This document shows positions 38,463 through 50,613 of a DNA stretch of 64,000 bases, piece after piece. A program made the position numbers and the translations under genes. The stretch is taken from contig OX597825.1 of assembly GCA_951406725.2 (NCBI GenBank), positions 42,656,001-42,720,000 of the forward strand, written 5' to 3'. Numbering within the stretch: the stretch's first letter is position 1; every line of letters starts with the position of its first letter. The stretch is from Octopus vulgaris. Taxonomy: Eukaryota. The notes under the pieces are model-generated. The model saw only the letters and a program-made list of their open reading frames with translations, was not told the origin of the DNA and searched no databases.

Positions 38463-41400
38463 TTTTGTTGTTATTAACTGATTAATTAATCAATTAATTA
38501 ATGAATCCTTTGCTCAGTTTAATATAAGTAGGTGCTTCTCTGTTGCATTTAGCATAGTTTACTTTATTGCAAATCAGGTGATTGGTTTAAGAATAACTTC
38601 CTTCTTTTCTTTCTTCTCTCCTTCCTTCACCAGTCTGAAAAGCCACCGAAAAGCTCATGAGTGCTGCCTTTCTTTCTTTGAAAAACATTAACAAAAAAAT
38701 ATCAAGCAAGTTGACTGAAATGGTATAGCAATTGGCTGTCATTTCCTTTCTTCATTTCATGTTTAGAGTCACAAGATTTTTCTACTTATGGGATGTGTCC
38801 ATTACTCTCTCAACTTCTATTTGAAGGTGAAAAACTATTTTGCTGATTGCTTTTCAAAGTATGCAAAATCCCACTCTAACAGGATTTCATTCATGCTTTA
38901 TACCTTTCTGAAGATGATTCCATCAATTTGGAGTCAAGAAAATAAGTATAGGTAATCTACTGTAGCTAATTCTGTTAAAATAGTCTTTAGCTATTAAGAT
39001 AGTTGAGCTTTTCATCTAGCTGAGTGAAAAAAAAAGAAAGTCGCTATAACGGTGTAATGTGGAAATAAACTGTCACCAAAATTACTTTTGGCAACAGATT
39101 TTTTTTTATTGGTGGCTGAGTAATAGAATGGCAGAAACTATGTGCTACTATGTTCCAACTATAGATCCAATCAATATGAATGGTCCTATATAAATAGGAA
39201 CTGGAACTATATCAGACTAAATACACTATCCTACTTAGTTATTTCCTTTTAAGTTCAGATTTTGAATCCTGATGAATTTGACTTAAATGTTTCTACTGCT
39301 ACTCAAGCATGAAAGTTGATACATTAAACTTTACCACACTACCAAATACTGCAGTCATCTGCCCAAGTTTCTTTTAATCATATCATTGTATCAGCAGCAG
39401 CAGTTGTAGTCGTTGTTGTAATGGTAGTGGTAGTAGGAGTAGTAGTGTATCCAGTGAAAAACATTAGCAAAATGATGAAATGAATGAAATTAATAAGAAT
39501 TGTAAAACAAAGCAAAAAGGAAATAATAAAAACTAAAAAAAAAATGGAAATGATTGAAACTGAATGTTTAATCAATTGATAAGCTAAGTTATACATTGGG
39601 ACTTGGCTAACTGCCTAAGATTATATAGATTAAAACTGAAAGTCTACAAGAAAGAAAGCATATAAATAAGGAAATGTGCATCTTTTAAAACGTTAATGGT
39701 TTTATAGTAAAATCTAATTCTATTAAGCAAAAATATTTGCATCAGATGTAATGAAAGAGCTATAAAGGCAACAAACTGAGCTTTCAAATGTTATATTCTG
39801 GCAAAGATGTAAAAGAGGTGGGGGAAAATGTGATCCAAAGAAACTGATCCCATTTAACTATATTCTGAAAGCTGTCATGATAGTATTATGTATAAAGATT
39901 TTCAAAAATGTTGACACATGTATGATATAATAAAAGCTGCAGTTTGTTGATGTAACAATAGTATTTTAGTCTGACTTTTATAGACTGGCACAAGCTTATA
40001 CAATACCATAAGAGATGTCATTCGAATTACATGCAGTTGATGTCATTAACAGCATTTTGCTCATTCACAGTAATATAAATTGTGGCACTTAATGCAAACC
40101 ACTGCATTTCCAAATTTTATTTTCAGTTCAGCCACTGCATATAAAGAGATATGGACGTGTAGTATTATATCTTTCTCAGAAGCATTAGCATTATAAATGA
40201 AATGATTTAAACTGGAATACAGAACTAATTGCAGATTTGTCTGTTTAAAACCCACTTCAGCGCTTGTTCATAACATGAATGATTATGCATACAGATTGAA
40301 CAAAATTTCATTTCAAGCCAATTTGAATTTAACATACAATTTCATTCTATATTTAGTCAGATAAATAGGAGGGGCATTGTCTACAGTTATTCCAGGCCCT
40401 ACTTAGCTTTAAGATGAATGGGCAAAGTTAATAATCAGTTTAAGAGTTTGTAAGTTAGTGGCCAGAATGAGAATATAAGAAAGCATAGAATTCCAGAGGG
40501 ATGTTGGAAACAAGGACAGTCAGTCATTGTATTTAGTGAAGAGTCAAGGATCGAGATGCAATACAAGCAAGAAGATGACGTGAAATGTGTGCAACAAGTG
40601 GTTTTAGATAGAGGTGCTTGATATGTTAAAGTGTTAGGATGTACAGGGTTTTTCAATATCTCAGCTGTCTTAATACATCAGTTAGTCTAAAGCATATGCA
40701 AAATTGATAAATTATATGTGAAATATAAATTTAAAAAAGAAAATGAATTGAACATTTAAAAATATGTACAATGTAGCAAATTCAATAGAAAATATATGGA
40801 ATACATCAGCATTCGGAAATATAAAGAGAATAAAAGTACTTAATACATGCAATTAATGATTTATTCCAAATTAATGTGAAATTTTCAAGCAAGTGCAATC
40901 GTTCAAGTTTCTGTGAGTTAATTCTGAAAAACAAGCTGGTGGATTTACAATTTGTGAGAAAAGAAGGAACAACATAAAAAATAATAAAATATGTAAACGT
41001 ATATGCAAAGTATATGAAATCTGAAACAAAATATGCCAATATATACAGGACAGGATGACTACTTGAAAAAAGTTTTAAATATGAAGGGAGATATGAGCAA
41101 AGTGGAATATCTTACAACCAGGATTTACTTGGAAGGAGAGAAAAACATGTATATGCAAATAGGATTGTAAACATATGAAAATAATCAGTCCTCAACTAAG
41201 CCTACTGTGGTTAGGGACACTTTCTGATGGACTCATACTGTGCATGCTCATCAAAACGAATTTGTAGTCTATTGAATACAAATGAAACAAATGCCACGAG
41301 CAGGACATGAATTTGCTGGTATTTAACGGGAGGTGTAAAATATATATACATGGAGACGTCTTCTACACAAACACATGCAAACAGATACACTTATATGCGT

Positions 41401-42481
41401 ATATATATTTTATATCCTGGTGTTGGATAAATAATTTAACAAAGCAGAGGGAAAGAAAGTATTTATACGACGCACTATGATTACTGTTACACGAGACTTC
41501 AACACTATCAACAGCCCACAGTAAACTCTGAACTGTTGACAGTTCTTTATTTTAAAGCAATGAGTCAGCCCACTTTTAGTCACTTGATGAGTGGTTGGAA
41601 TTCTTCCACAACATCTCCCCTTTTAAGAATTAGTCTCCGCCCTGAGTTTTAATATCTCTTATTCCAGTGTTTCAGTTTTTTCTGTTTTCTGGTACTATAA
41701 CGTGTAGTTTCAAATTGTTTGGGTGTTGGTACCTCAAACGCGTCGTACAATACTTCCACGAGGATTTTTATTTCACGTGAATGTTTTTTGTGTGAATCAT
41801 TTTTAAAGTTGATTAGTATGTCTTTTATGTCAGACATTTTCCCGTTTACCAGGAATAACGTTCTTTCAGTTTGTTTAATGATTACACCGCCCTCCCAGCT
41901 TCCTTTACCATATCTATAGGTTTTAAAAAACATTGTCACCTAACTTTAATAATTTTGAAGTATATTTATTGTTTGCCTTTTTCTATTTCACTCGGTATCA
42001 GCTTATCAAAAATGGATCTGATTTTACTGGCAAACATCATCTTTGTAGGTGACATTCCAGAAGGGGTACTGAGGATTAGGTGTTACTCAGTACACGCTTA
42101 GAAATTGTTGAAATGCATGGTCTGCCATTATTTCATTGTTCGCCTTTTTCAACGCCCTCTTGAAAGTGTTAACAAAATGCCCCGCTTGTCCATTTGATCT
42201 AAGATGATACGGCGGAGTGGTGACGTGTTTGATGGCGAATATTTCACAACATTTTCTGAACTCGTCTGATGTAAATTGAGTTCCATTATCAGACACAATG
42301 GTATCAGAGATACCACATCTGGTGAACAATTCGTGTAAAAAAAACATACTGCAACCACAGATGCCAGCCTTTTAAAACATTTATGCAATTCAAGCCACTT
42401 TGAAAAGCATTCGACCACAACAAGGTAATATAAACCCTTAAGGGAATCCGTGCCATTAACATGCAGTCTGGACCATAGTAT

Positions 42482-42673
42482 ATAGCAATCCTTCGACTAT
42501 CGCAGGTGTTACGTTCCAAAACCGCCCACAGAAATAATTAAAACATAAAAAAATATAAATACTTATTGGCCGCGGAAACCCAGATATTCTGAGGAGTCTG
42601 CGATATAAATTTACATATATTAGCCAATAAAATTCTATGTACTGAGTGCGCGATATGGGGAGGGGTTAATTTA
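42482..42673. mobile_element. Tigger/pogo-type MITE nested in the Gypsy integrase
   Basis: Imperfect TIRs aatccttcgactatcgc / gcgatatggggaggggtt interrupt the integrase frame. Confidence 0.55.
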
Positions 42674-44209
42674 TCTGTTTTTGGTGAAGGTTACCATTTA
42701 GTGGTAGGTGTTTTTGCAGCTAAGGCAACCCTCTGCATGCTTTAACTAGTTCTTCAATGCCACGGTCCATTGTTGACCAATATATAGAACTTCTTATTAA
42801 CTATTTAATTCTCGAAATTACTGGATGACCAATGTGAAATTCCTTTAGTAATCGCTTTTGTAGTGTGGCTGGCACTACAACTCTTTGTGCGTACATCAAC
42901 ACACGGTCACACATTGAGAACAGGTTCGCATTTTTGTTGCACATACTTTTATCTCTTTCAGCATTTCTTACAATTTTTTAATGAATTTATCATTTTCCGA
43001 TTTTAATTTCATGTCTTGTAATGTGACTGGCAGTTCACGTAAGACGTTACACAAAAAATTTTTTATTTCATTTTCCGCTCGCAAAGCCAGTCTTGATAAA
43101 CAATCAGCGTATCCTAATTTCTTAGATGGTACATGCTCCATCTTAAAATCATAGTTTAACAATATAATATTCCAGCGTTGCAACCTATTAGCAGTATGGG
43201 AAGGGATTCCTTTCTTCGACCCATATATCGATAAAACCGGACGATGTAGTCCGGTTTTATCGATATAGTCTGTAGTCACAAACTTCTGCTGTTTAAAAGT
43301 CTGTGAAATTATTTTTATGGCAAAAATAATCGCTAAAGCTTCTTTTTCAATTTGACAGTAATTTTTCTCTGCTCATATCAGAAGGTGAGCCATCAACCAC
43401 TGCCTTCATGATACCGTCTTTATATGTATGAAGCATTACTGCTCCGATACCGTATTCAGAGGCATCTGAAGCTACAACAAACTCCGCTTCAGGATCAAAA
43501 TGTGTTTATGTTAATATTTTTTTTAATTTCGTAAATTTTCAGTGGAACCCTTAACTTATGCATATCTGGAATATAATTTTGGTAATGATTTACCAGTCCC
43601 AAAAAGCTTGTAAGGTCGCTATATTTGTCGGAGGGGACATATTTTTAATTGCGTCTGCCTGCGACTGATCTGGTCGACGTCCATTTCTGTCAATGATTCT
43701 TTTTATTTTCGGTAAGAAAATTCCCACATTTCTTCATACAGAATAAAGCTGTAATCCCTGTTTTTTTTTTCAAACGCATATTTTACGTGCTCTACGTGAT
43801 GGTTCCGGGATTCGCTTTTAATGAGTATATCCTCCATTGCAAATTTACAGTCCACTAATATTACATCCATAATCTGTTGAAAAGTCGCTGGTGCGACTTT
43901 TAAACCAAATATTCCTTTGTGTGTGTTAATTGTTAGGTATTTAGAGAATTTGTCGTCTACTTTAATTTGTAGATTCGCACCAGAGAGATCCAATTTAGAA
44001 AATATCTTACCACCATTTAATTTCGCAAATATATTCTTGAAGATAGGTAGCACATAGTGGAACGTTTTAAGCCATTAGTTTAAACCAATGGAAAAATCAG
44101 CACTCACTCCAAATTTATTAGTCTTTTTCTTAATGTATGCAATTGGTGATGCCCATTGACTATATTCCACTTTTGGGAAAAAATTTTTTCTAGTCTCTTA
44201 GTTTATCAT

Positions 44210-45092
44210 ATCTATAAAAGGGATGATGTGTGTGCGTGTGTGTGTGTGTACGCGATTGTAATTTATGCACATCCACAAATTAGCAGGCATGTCGCTCAAA
44301 TTTTAGGAGGACATTTGTCAACATCTTATCTGGGTTTTGTCAACTTATTTTTTTCCCGAGGCACCTGCGGATAGGGTAAAAATCTATTTTCAACCATAGC
44401 TTTTAACCATAACAAATATCAGCCATTGCTTTTTGATGGCGTATAATAAAAAAATACGATAAAGAAAAGTGGAAGAAGGAGGCAGAGAGTTTCACGGGAA
44501 AAACGAAGTGAGAGAGGGAGAGAGAGCGTAAGTGACTACGTTCATAAAAAATGAAATGTAAAATGTTTTGTTTTTGAAAGGCACACTATATTTTATAATC
44601 ATAGTATATATACTTTCTCACACAACGATTACAATATATTTATTTAAAATCATTTATTTAACAACAAAGAAACAAAGAGGTGAGTAACAATTTGTCAGTG
44701 AATTGCACAATATAAATGGGTACAATTTGCGAGGCTTCCACCACACCCCACTCCGTTTCACAGACCACAAAAAGGGTTTTGAGGCCAGAGTAGTTGATTT
44801 CATGCAAAAAGAAAAACGATTGTTTTTCTTAGTGAAAATTGTGCAAGTGTTAATCTACAAATTTAACATCTTTTCATTTCATTTCTGTTTATGAACATGT
44901 ATGCGTGCACAAAACATGCAATAGGTGTACATACGTGTGTTCGTGTCTGTCGCCCATATTTATTTATATATTATATTATATATAACTAATTTCAACGGAT
45001 TTCGCCCAAATTTGACGTCTTATATTACTTAGTTTGGTTTGAAATAAAGAACTTGATTAGCTTAATAATCGTAACTTAATCCCGGGCAAGTC
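44210..45092 (+). mobile_element. Probable non-autonomous Helitron-like insertion in Gypsy pol
   Basis: TCTATAAAAG-(gt)n start like the 24015 family; non-coding; ends at a truncated cccgggc hairpin-like motif. Confidence 0.45.
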
Positions 45093-46488
45093 TGTTCTAA
45101 TTCCGCGAAAGGTATAATTAATTTTTGTTTAAATACCGTTATGACGTTTCCTTGTATTTGAAACTGCGCCCTCGTTTTGGTGCACAGACCTAATTCATCA
45201 GACAGAACTTCAATTCGTCTGACGATTTATTTATACTGGTGGAAAAACCATTCACACTTTTACTGAAAAGATTTATGAGGAGATCCCATAAGTTAAATAA
45301 TTCCATATGTTCTGAATAAATTTGTATTATACAACACGATTCGTCCATAAAATGTAATTTTTTTCCTGAAACAGTACAGGCAATTTTCAAAATTTCTTTT
45401 AATCTAGATCTCCCGATTTTTTCTATGTATCTGTGTTAATTATCGAGATATGACTGTAACTTTACGTCTGTGTTATTAGTTTTTATATACACAAATTTCC
45501 TGTGAGGTTCGTTCGTATTTCTTGTCACCGATAATCTGTTTACGTGATTTTTTTTCAGTTAAACCATTTTTTAGGATTTATTTTACAGTGTCTTGCCAAT
45601 GTATATGAGAAGAATCTTTTTCTTCAATTTTTTCTGCGTCATGTGTTAGTTAAACTTTGGTCCTGTTCTAATTTTGTCAATATCTGGGAACATAAGTCTG
45701 CATCTATGCTTGCAGTAAACCCTTGAACAAAAATTAGACATTTGAACATGTCCGGGGTTAATTCCTTTAATTTAAATTTTTCACTCACTCTGTTAACAAA
45801 CCCAGTACAGATGAAATCTTCATAATCTTTTTTGACAAAATTTAAACATTACCAGCGTGTATTGATCAAGGAACTTCTTTTACTAAAAGTTTTTGAAAAA
45901 ATATCGATTGGTTCATCAAAACAAATCTCACTTGGCTTCTTCGGCAGAATATGATTATTATATATTTTGTGTTCGGCAGTGGATGGTTTTCTTAAAAATC
46001 GTACTTTTTTTCTCGTCAGAATAGTTTTTACATTCTTCTTTGAAGATTTCTTCGTATCTTCGAAAATATGCAGAGAATCTCTTCTGGATTGTAACTGAAT
46101 TCTTCAACAGGGTTTACTACACTGTCTAGAAAGTACGAATCTGAAGTATTTTCAGACTTCTTTATTAACTCCAGCAACTGTTGATTTTGTTGTAGACGTT
46201 GCTGCTGCAGTTGCTCTTGTAACTGCCATTGTTGTTGCTGTTGCAACTACACCATTGAAGCCAATAAATCTTTCGTGTTCAAACGATTTTTTCTTTGGTT
46301 TTGTACCAAAAAACAAAAATTCTAAACGTCCAACGCAAGCTTCGAACAATTCGTCACCACTTTTATATCCTGGTGTTGGATAAATAATTTAACGAAGCAG
46401 GGGGAAAGACATTATTTATACGACGCACTACAATTACTGTTACACGACACTCATCGCTCTCTTTCAACGCCTCAAAGTGAACTGCTTA

Positions 46489-48350
46489 ATTTCTTTATTT
46501 TGGCACTCAGGCCACTAACACAGAGGGGACACTACAAGGACAGACACAACACCACAGTAGGGGACAATAAACATAAAACGAATGAGTATGAATGTCATAT
46601 AACAATGAAAGATGAAATGGCTGCATGGGCCCCACTCCTCATGCAATAGCATTTAAATGTTTGTACACACAGTCTTGTAACTCTATCTATTGATTTTTTA
46701 CTTTCCTTAATTATCGGTTTTTTTTCCTCAAAAACGTTTCCTTTCTCTTTTTTCCTTTTTTTTTTTGTAAAAAACAAAGTAATTTTCCTTTTTTTCCTCT
46801 TTAACGTTTCATATACGGCTCCAGTTCTAACAAATCAATTACTGATGACAGCTCATTGAACTCCATCACCGCTCCGGCTGGGTCAATTCTACTCCCGCAC
46901 ATGCCTCTAAGTTTCTTATAGGTTTCCCTATCAACCACAAATGACCTTCACACTCTCTGGGTACACGGCCTTGGGTAACTTTGCCCTTTTGATGTGCTTG
47001 AACTTTACGATTTTTTCTCCACCTCCTTGTTTTTAGAATAGGTCACAGAATTCCATTTGTTCCTCCCTCCTCTCGGCTTTCTCCTGTCTTCCTCCACTAC
47101 CCTTCCTATTATAGGTTCTTCTATACTCTTCTCTGGGAACTTCTCTTTCTCCATCTCTACTGTAGACAGTTTCTCCATCTCATCCTCTTGTAGTTGAGTT
47201 CCTGAATCTTCCGTTATTCCACTTGTCATCTTCTTACTTGCTTCCTCCTTCTCTGACTCATTGCCACACACTTTCTTAATTATTTCTTCACTTTCCTTTT
47301 CCGTCTCACTTTTATCATCTTTCTCATAACCTCTTTCTTCTCTTTTTTGGTTAGTCGGTGGCTGCCTTACCCTACCGCACCTCCTTCTTTTTCTTTCCAC
47401 TAGCGTGAAATCTTCAGCTGTTTTCTCATAATTCTCGACTGTCACTGCCTGTTCGACATTTTCTTCAGTCTCTCTCTGTACTTTTCGTGGGCATCTCGCC
47501 TTCATGTGTCCCTTTTCGCCGCATTCGAAACATACAGGCGGCCTGCTCTCCACCTTCATTCTTAGTGTAAAAACGTCAAGTAAGAGATTACCTACCTCCT
47601 CTTCTATTCTGTTCAGATCTTCCACAGTTGCCTGGATTGTTAGCTCCAACCCGTAGCCCCAGTAGTCCAGCTTGTTTGTCCTGGTGGCCTTCAATATTCT
47701 GGCCTCGTCTTCCATGTTGTACATAATGGCCGTCATTAGCCATGCCTTCTCCAACTCTGGGGGCGCCTGGCCTACCCGAACTCTCGCCACCCGTTTGCCG
47801 CAATAGGATGGCAGAAGAATCCATTCTAATGAGCGGATTGCTTCCGTAGCATGCCTTATCGCTTCTTCTTCCGATGTGAAACGCACATCCACAGTGGCAT
47901 ATTTTCTGCCTCTTACTCTGAAGGTTATCACGTTTTTCATACTTTCCAACACCTTCTCAATCTCCTCCACAGTTGCTAACTCAATTCTCCTTGTAGCAAC
48001 CTTCATGGTCTTGTATGTCACTGTCTTCTTCATAACGCTGTTCATTAGTTCTTCGGGTGGCGTCAACATTATCTTCTCGCCTTCCTTTTTCAGCAGCTTC
48101 TCGCTAGTCTTCATCTTCCTGGGCTCGACGTTTATTTCAAAAGTCTCCAATGCTTCTTTCTCCGCTCCTCTTCCAGTTGCGGCTGCATAACTGTGGCTGC
48201 CCTCTGGCGCCTTCTCCATTTTCCTCAATGGGAAAATTTAGCAACACAAAAATTTAACGATATTAACAACGGTATTAACAACAGCAATAATCAACAATAA
48301 ATTCACGCTCCACTCACAAATATAACTCGACTTCAATAACTCAAAATTAC
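46489..48350 (-). mobile_element. ORF1-only (HAL1-like) non-autonomous retroelement inserted in the Gypsy 5' LTR
   Basis: 13-bp TSD agtgaactgctta (46476-46488 and 48351-48363), short 5' UTR, ORF1, 3' UTR ending AATAAAgaaat, no ORF2. Confidence 0.85.
47005..48228 (-). CDS. L1/Tx1-type ORF1 protein (RRM-like region + CCHC knuckle), 407 aa open
   Basis: SYAAA motif, RGRKYATVDVRF, LLPSYCGKR, CFECGEKGHMKARC, acidic tail. The true C-terminus probably continues past frameshifts to ~46800. Confidence 0.8.
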   Translation of the reverse strand: MRKMEKAPEGSHSYAAATGRGAEKEALETFEINVEPRKMKTSEKLLKKEGEKIMLTPPEELMNSVMKKTVTYKTMKVATRRIELATVEEIEKVLESMKNVITFRVRGRKYATVDVRFTSEEEAIRHATEAIRSLEWILLPSYCGKRVARVRVGQAPPELEKAWLMTAIMYNMEDEARILKATRTNKLDYWGYGLELTIQATVEDLNRIEEEVGNLLLDVFTLRMKVESRPPVCFECGEKGHMKARCPRKVQRETEENVEQAVTVENYEKTAEDFTLVERKRRRCGRVRQPPTNQKREERGYEKDDKSETEKESEEIIKKVCGNESEKEEASKKMTSGITEDSGTQLQEDEMEKLSTVEMEKEKFPEKSIEEPIIGRVVEEDRRKPRGGRNKWNSVTYSKNKEVEKKS

Positions 48351-48974
48351 AGTGAACTGCTTACACTGAACTGCTGACAGTTCTTTATTTTAAAACAATG
48401 AGTCAGTCTACTTTTAGTCACTTAGAAGGGGTGAGTGGTCGGAATCCTTCCACAACAATATAATAAATGTTTAAAATTCCATGTTTTCCGTTATACTTCA
48501 AACGATGCATATGTAAGGAGCAAATGAGATATTATTTTGTAGCATGACTCATAACCAAGTCAACAAATTGCCAAGATAAAATCACAGTTCAGCAACATAT
48601 TGTTCATGTGATCAGCCGATCAGCATCAAGACATTACATGATGCTTCTTTTAGAAGCTTATAAATAGGTATTTTTGGGTGTGAAACTTCAGTTTGTGACT
48701 TCCTGCAGCTAACCACATTCTCATTTTGCTGCTTTTAATAGTTAGTCTCATGACTTATACTCAACCCAGACAGCATCTTTTATTCACCAGTACGAACCCA
48801 GTGTGTACATTTCCTCTTGTCTTGGCAGCATAATTACAAAGCCTTCTTAATCAGCTATTTGTAAAAGCTATAGAATTGTCCCTTTCAGTGTGTAAAGTTT
48901 GTTGTTGCATTTTTAACTCATGACCAGCATGGAAACTTTTAATTCATGCCCAACATGCCATGAAATAAAATTCT

Positions 48975-49292
48975 GCATGGCCCAGTGGTTAGAGCGTCGG
49001 GCTCATAATCATGAGATAGTGAGTTCGATCCCCAGACCGAGTTGTCTGTTGTGTTCTTGGGCAAAACACTTTATTTCATGTTGCTCCAGATCTCTCAGCT
49101 GTAGAAATGAGTTGCAATGTTACTAGTGTATTGGCTTCTGCCTTTCCCATGGATAACATTGGTGGTTAGGAGAGAAGAGGCTGGTGTGCATGGGTGACTG
49201 CTGGCCTTCCATAAACAACTTGGTCTAGACTTGTGCCTCAGAGGGTAACTTTCTAGGTGCAATCCTATGGTCATTCATAACTAAAGGGTGTC
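48975..49292 (+). mobile_element. tRNA-derived SINE (V/CORE-like domain)
   Basis: A-box tggcccagtgg, B-box gagttcgatccc, tgtgttcttgggcaaaacactt. An inverted partial copy is at 49686-49917. Confidence 0.8.
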
Positions 49293-49584
49293 TATTCTAT
49301 TCTAATTGTTTACGTGTGTTGTATATTCATTTTACACAGCCAGAACCCAACTCAACTACCAGTATCACATACCCTTCATCCTATGTCTATCATGACAACA
49401 GTTAACTACACCTTGTGACAATTCCTTGTTACTGTAGTTTCATATTGTTTGAACATTCAGTATAAATAGAAAACAAGTGTAAAGATAAATTTTTAAGTAT
49501 ATTCAATATATTTCTTACACGTATTGCATTCACAATACCTGTTACATAAGGAAATACTTAATTTGTGTGTGTGGTTTGTGCGTG

Positions 49585-49616
<32 letters not shown>

Positions 49617-49647
49617 CCCAATTCCCAAACATTGTCTCTAATGATCT

Positions 49648-50113
49648 TTAATCCTCTAGCATTCACAATATTCTGTCAAATATAGGAAAGACCCCCCTTT
49701 GGTCCTGAATGACAGTTACCCTCCAAGGCACAAACCCAGGCAAGGTTGTTTATAGAAGACCAGCAGTCACCCATGCATATCAACCTCCCCTCTTCATGCA
49801 ATCAATATTATCCAAAGGCCAATAGTTTGGCATCAGTAACATCACAACTCATTTCTACAGCTAAGTGAACTGGAGCAACATGAAATAAAATGTCTTGCTC
49901 AAGAACACAACACACAAATATGTTGTGTGTTGTGTTCTTATCTGTTCTCATTGGTTTGAATTAATCTGGATTATCTTGTAGCTTTGAGATTTTGATGGGG
50001 TAGCTGTTAATTTTTAGAATGATATTGTAAGGTTGGTATGAAAGGCTAGAATTGGCCAGTTTGAACATATAACAGATGGAATATTATGGCCAGTTTAAAT
50101 ACTAAAGCGTTGA
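49648..50113. mobile_element. TTAA-type (piggyBac-like) MITE containing a SINE fragment
   Basis: ttaatcctctagcatt...aatactaaagcgttga; an inverted relative lies at 50961-51184 (..aatgctaaagggtta). Confidence 0.55.
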
Positions 50114-50613
50114 AACAAATAAAAAATGAATTGCAATAATAAATTCCATTTTGGCATCGAAACACACTTCATATTAAGCAGTAACAATCCTCCAAAATGT
50201 CGCTGTTATATTTACACATGCCCTTTTACTTGGCTCCTTCACATTCAGCAGTCTAGCTTAATGAAATTAATTTGCATCCAATAAATATTGTATATTATAA
50301 GTTACTTGCTATAATAATATGAATGTAGTTGACACCTGCTTTGCTGTCAACATGTTTAACATAATCAGCTAAGCATTTTAAAAATTCTTTTACTTGTTTC
50401 AGTCATTTAACTGCAGCCATGATACAGCACAGCCTTGAAGAAATTTAGTTTAACAAATCAACCCCACTATTTATTTCTTAAACCTGATAGTTAGTCTATC
50501 AAGCTCTTTAGCTAAACTACTAAGTTACAAGGATGTAAACACACCAACACTGGTTGCCAAGCAGTGGTGGAGGACAAGGGGACAAACACAGAATAGACAC
50601 ACACACACATATA

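Larger units (their letters stand above)
41408..48457 (-). mobile_element. Ty3/Gypsy LTR retrotransposon (Mag-like), full length and degenerate
   Basis: 3' LTR 41408-41613, 5' LTR 46361-48457 (interrupted), ATATA TSD on both sides, PBS TGGTGACGA (tRNA-Ser type), PPT taaaaggggaga. Q-rich gag, RT FSKLDLS, RNase H SDAS..EKEALA, integrase VSDNGTQFTS..SNGQA. Confidence 0.93.

Noticed and set aside
41223-41260. Hammerhead-like ctgatgg..aaaacg
   Set aside because: Both core boxes are mutated and the stems are unconvincing.
48975-49050. tRNA-Met gene (CAT loop)
   Set aside because: It continues into a SINE body repeated nearby and the cloverleaf is incomplete.
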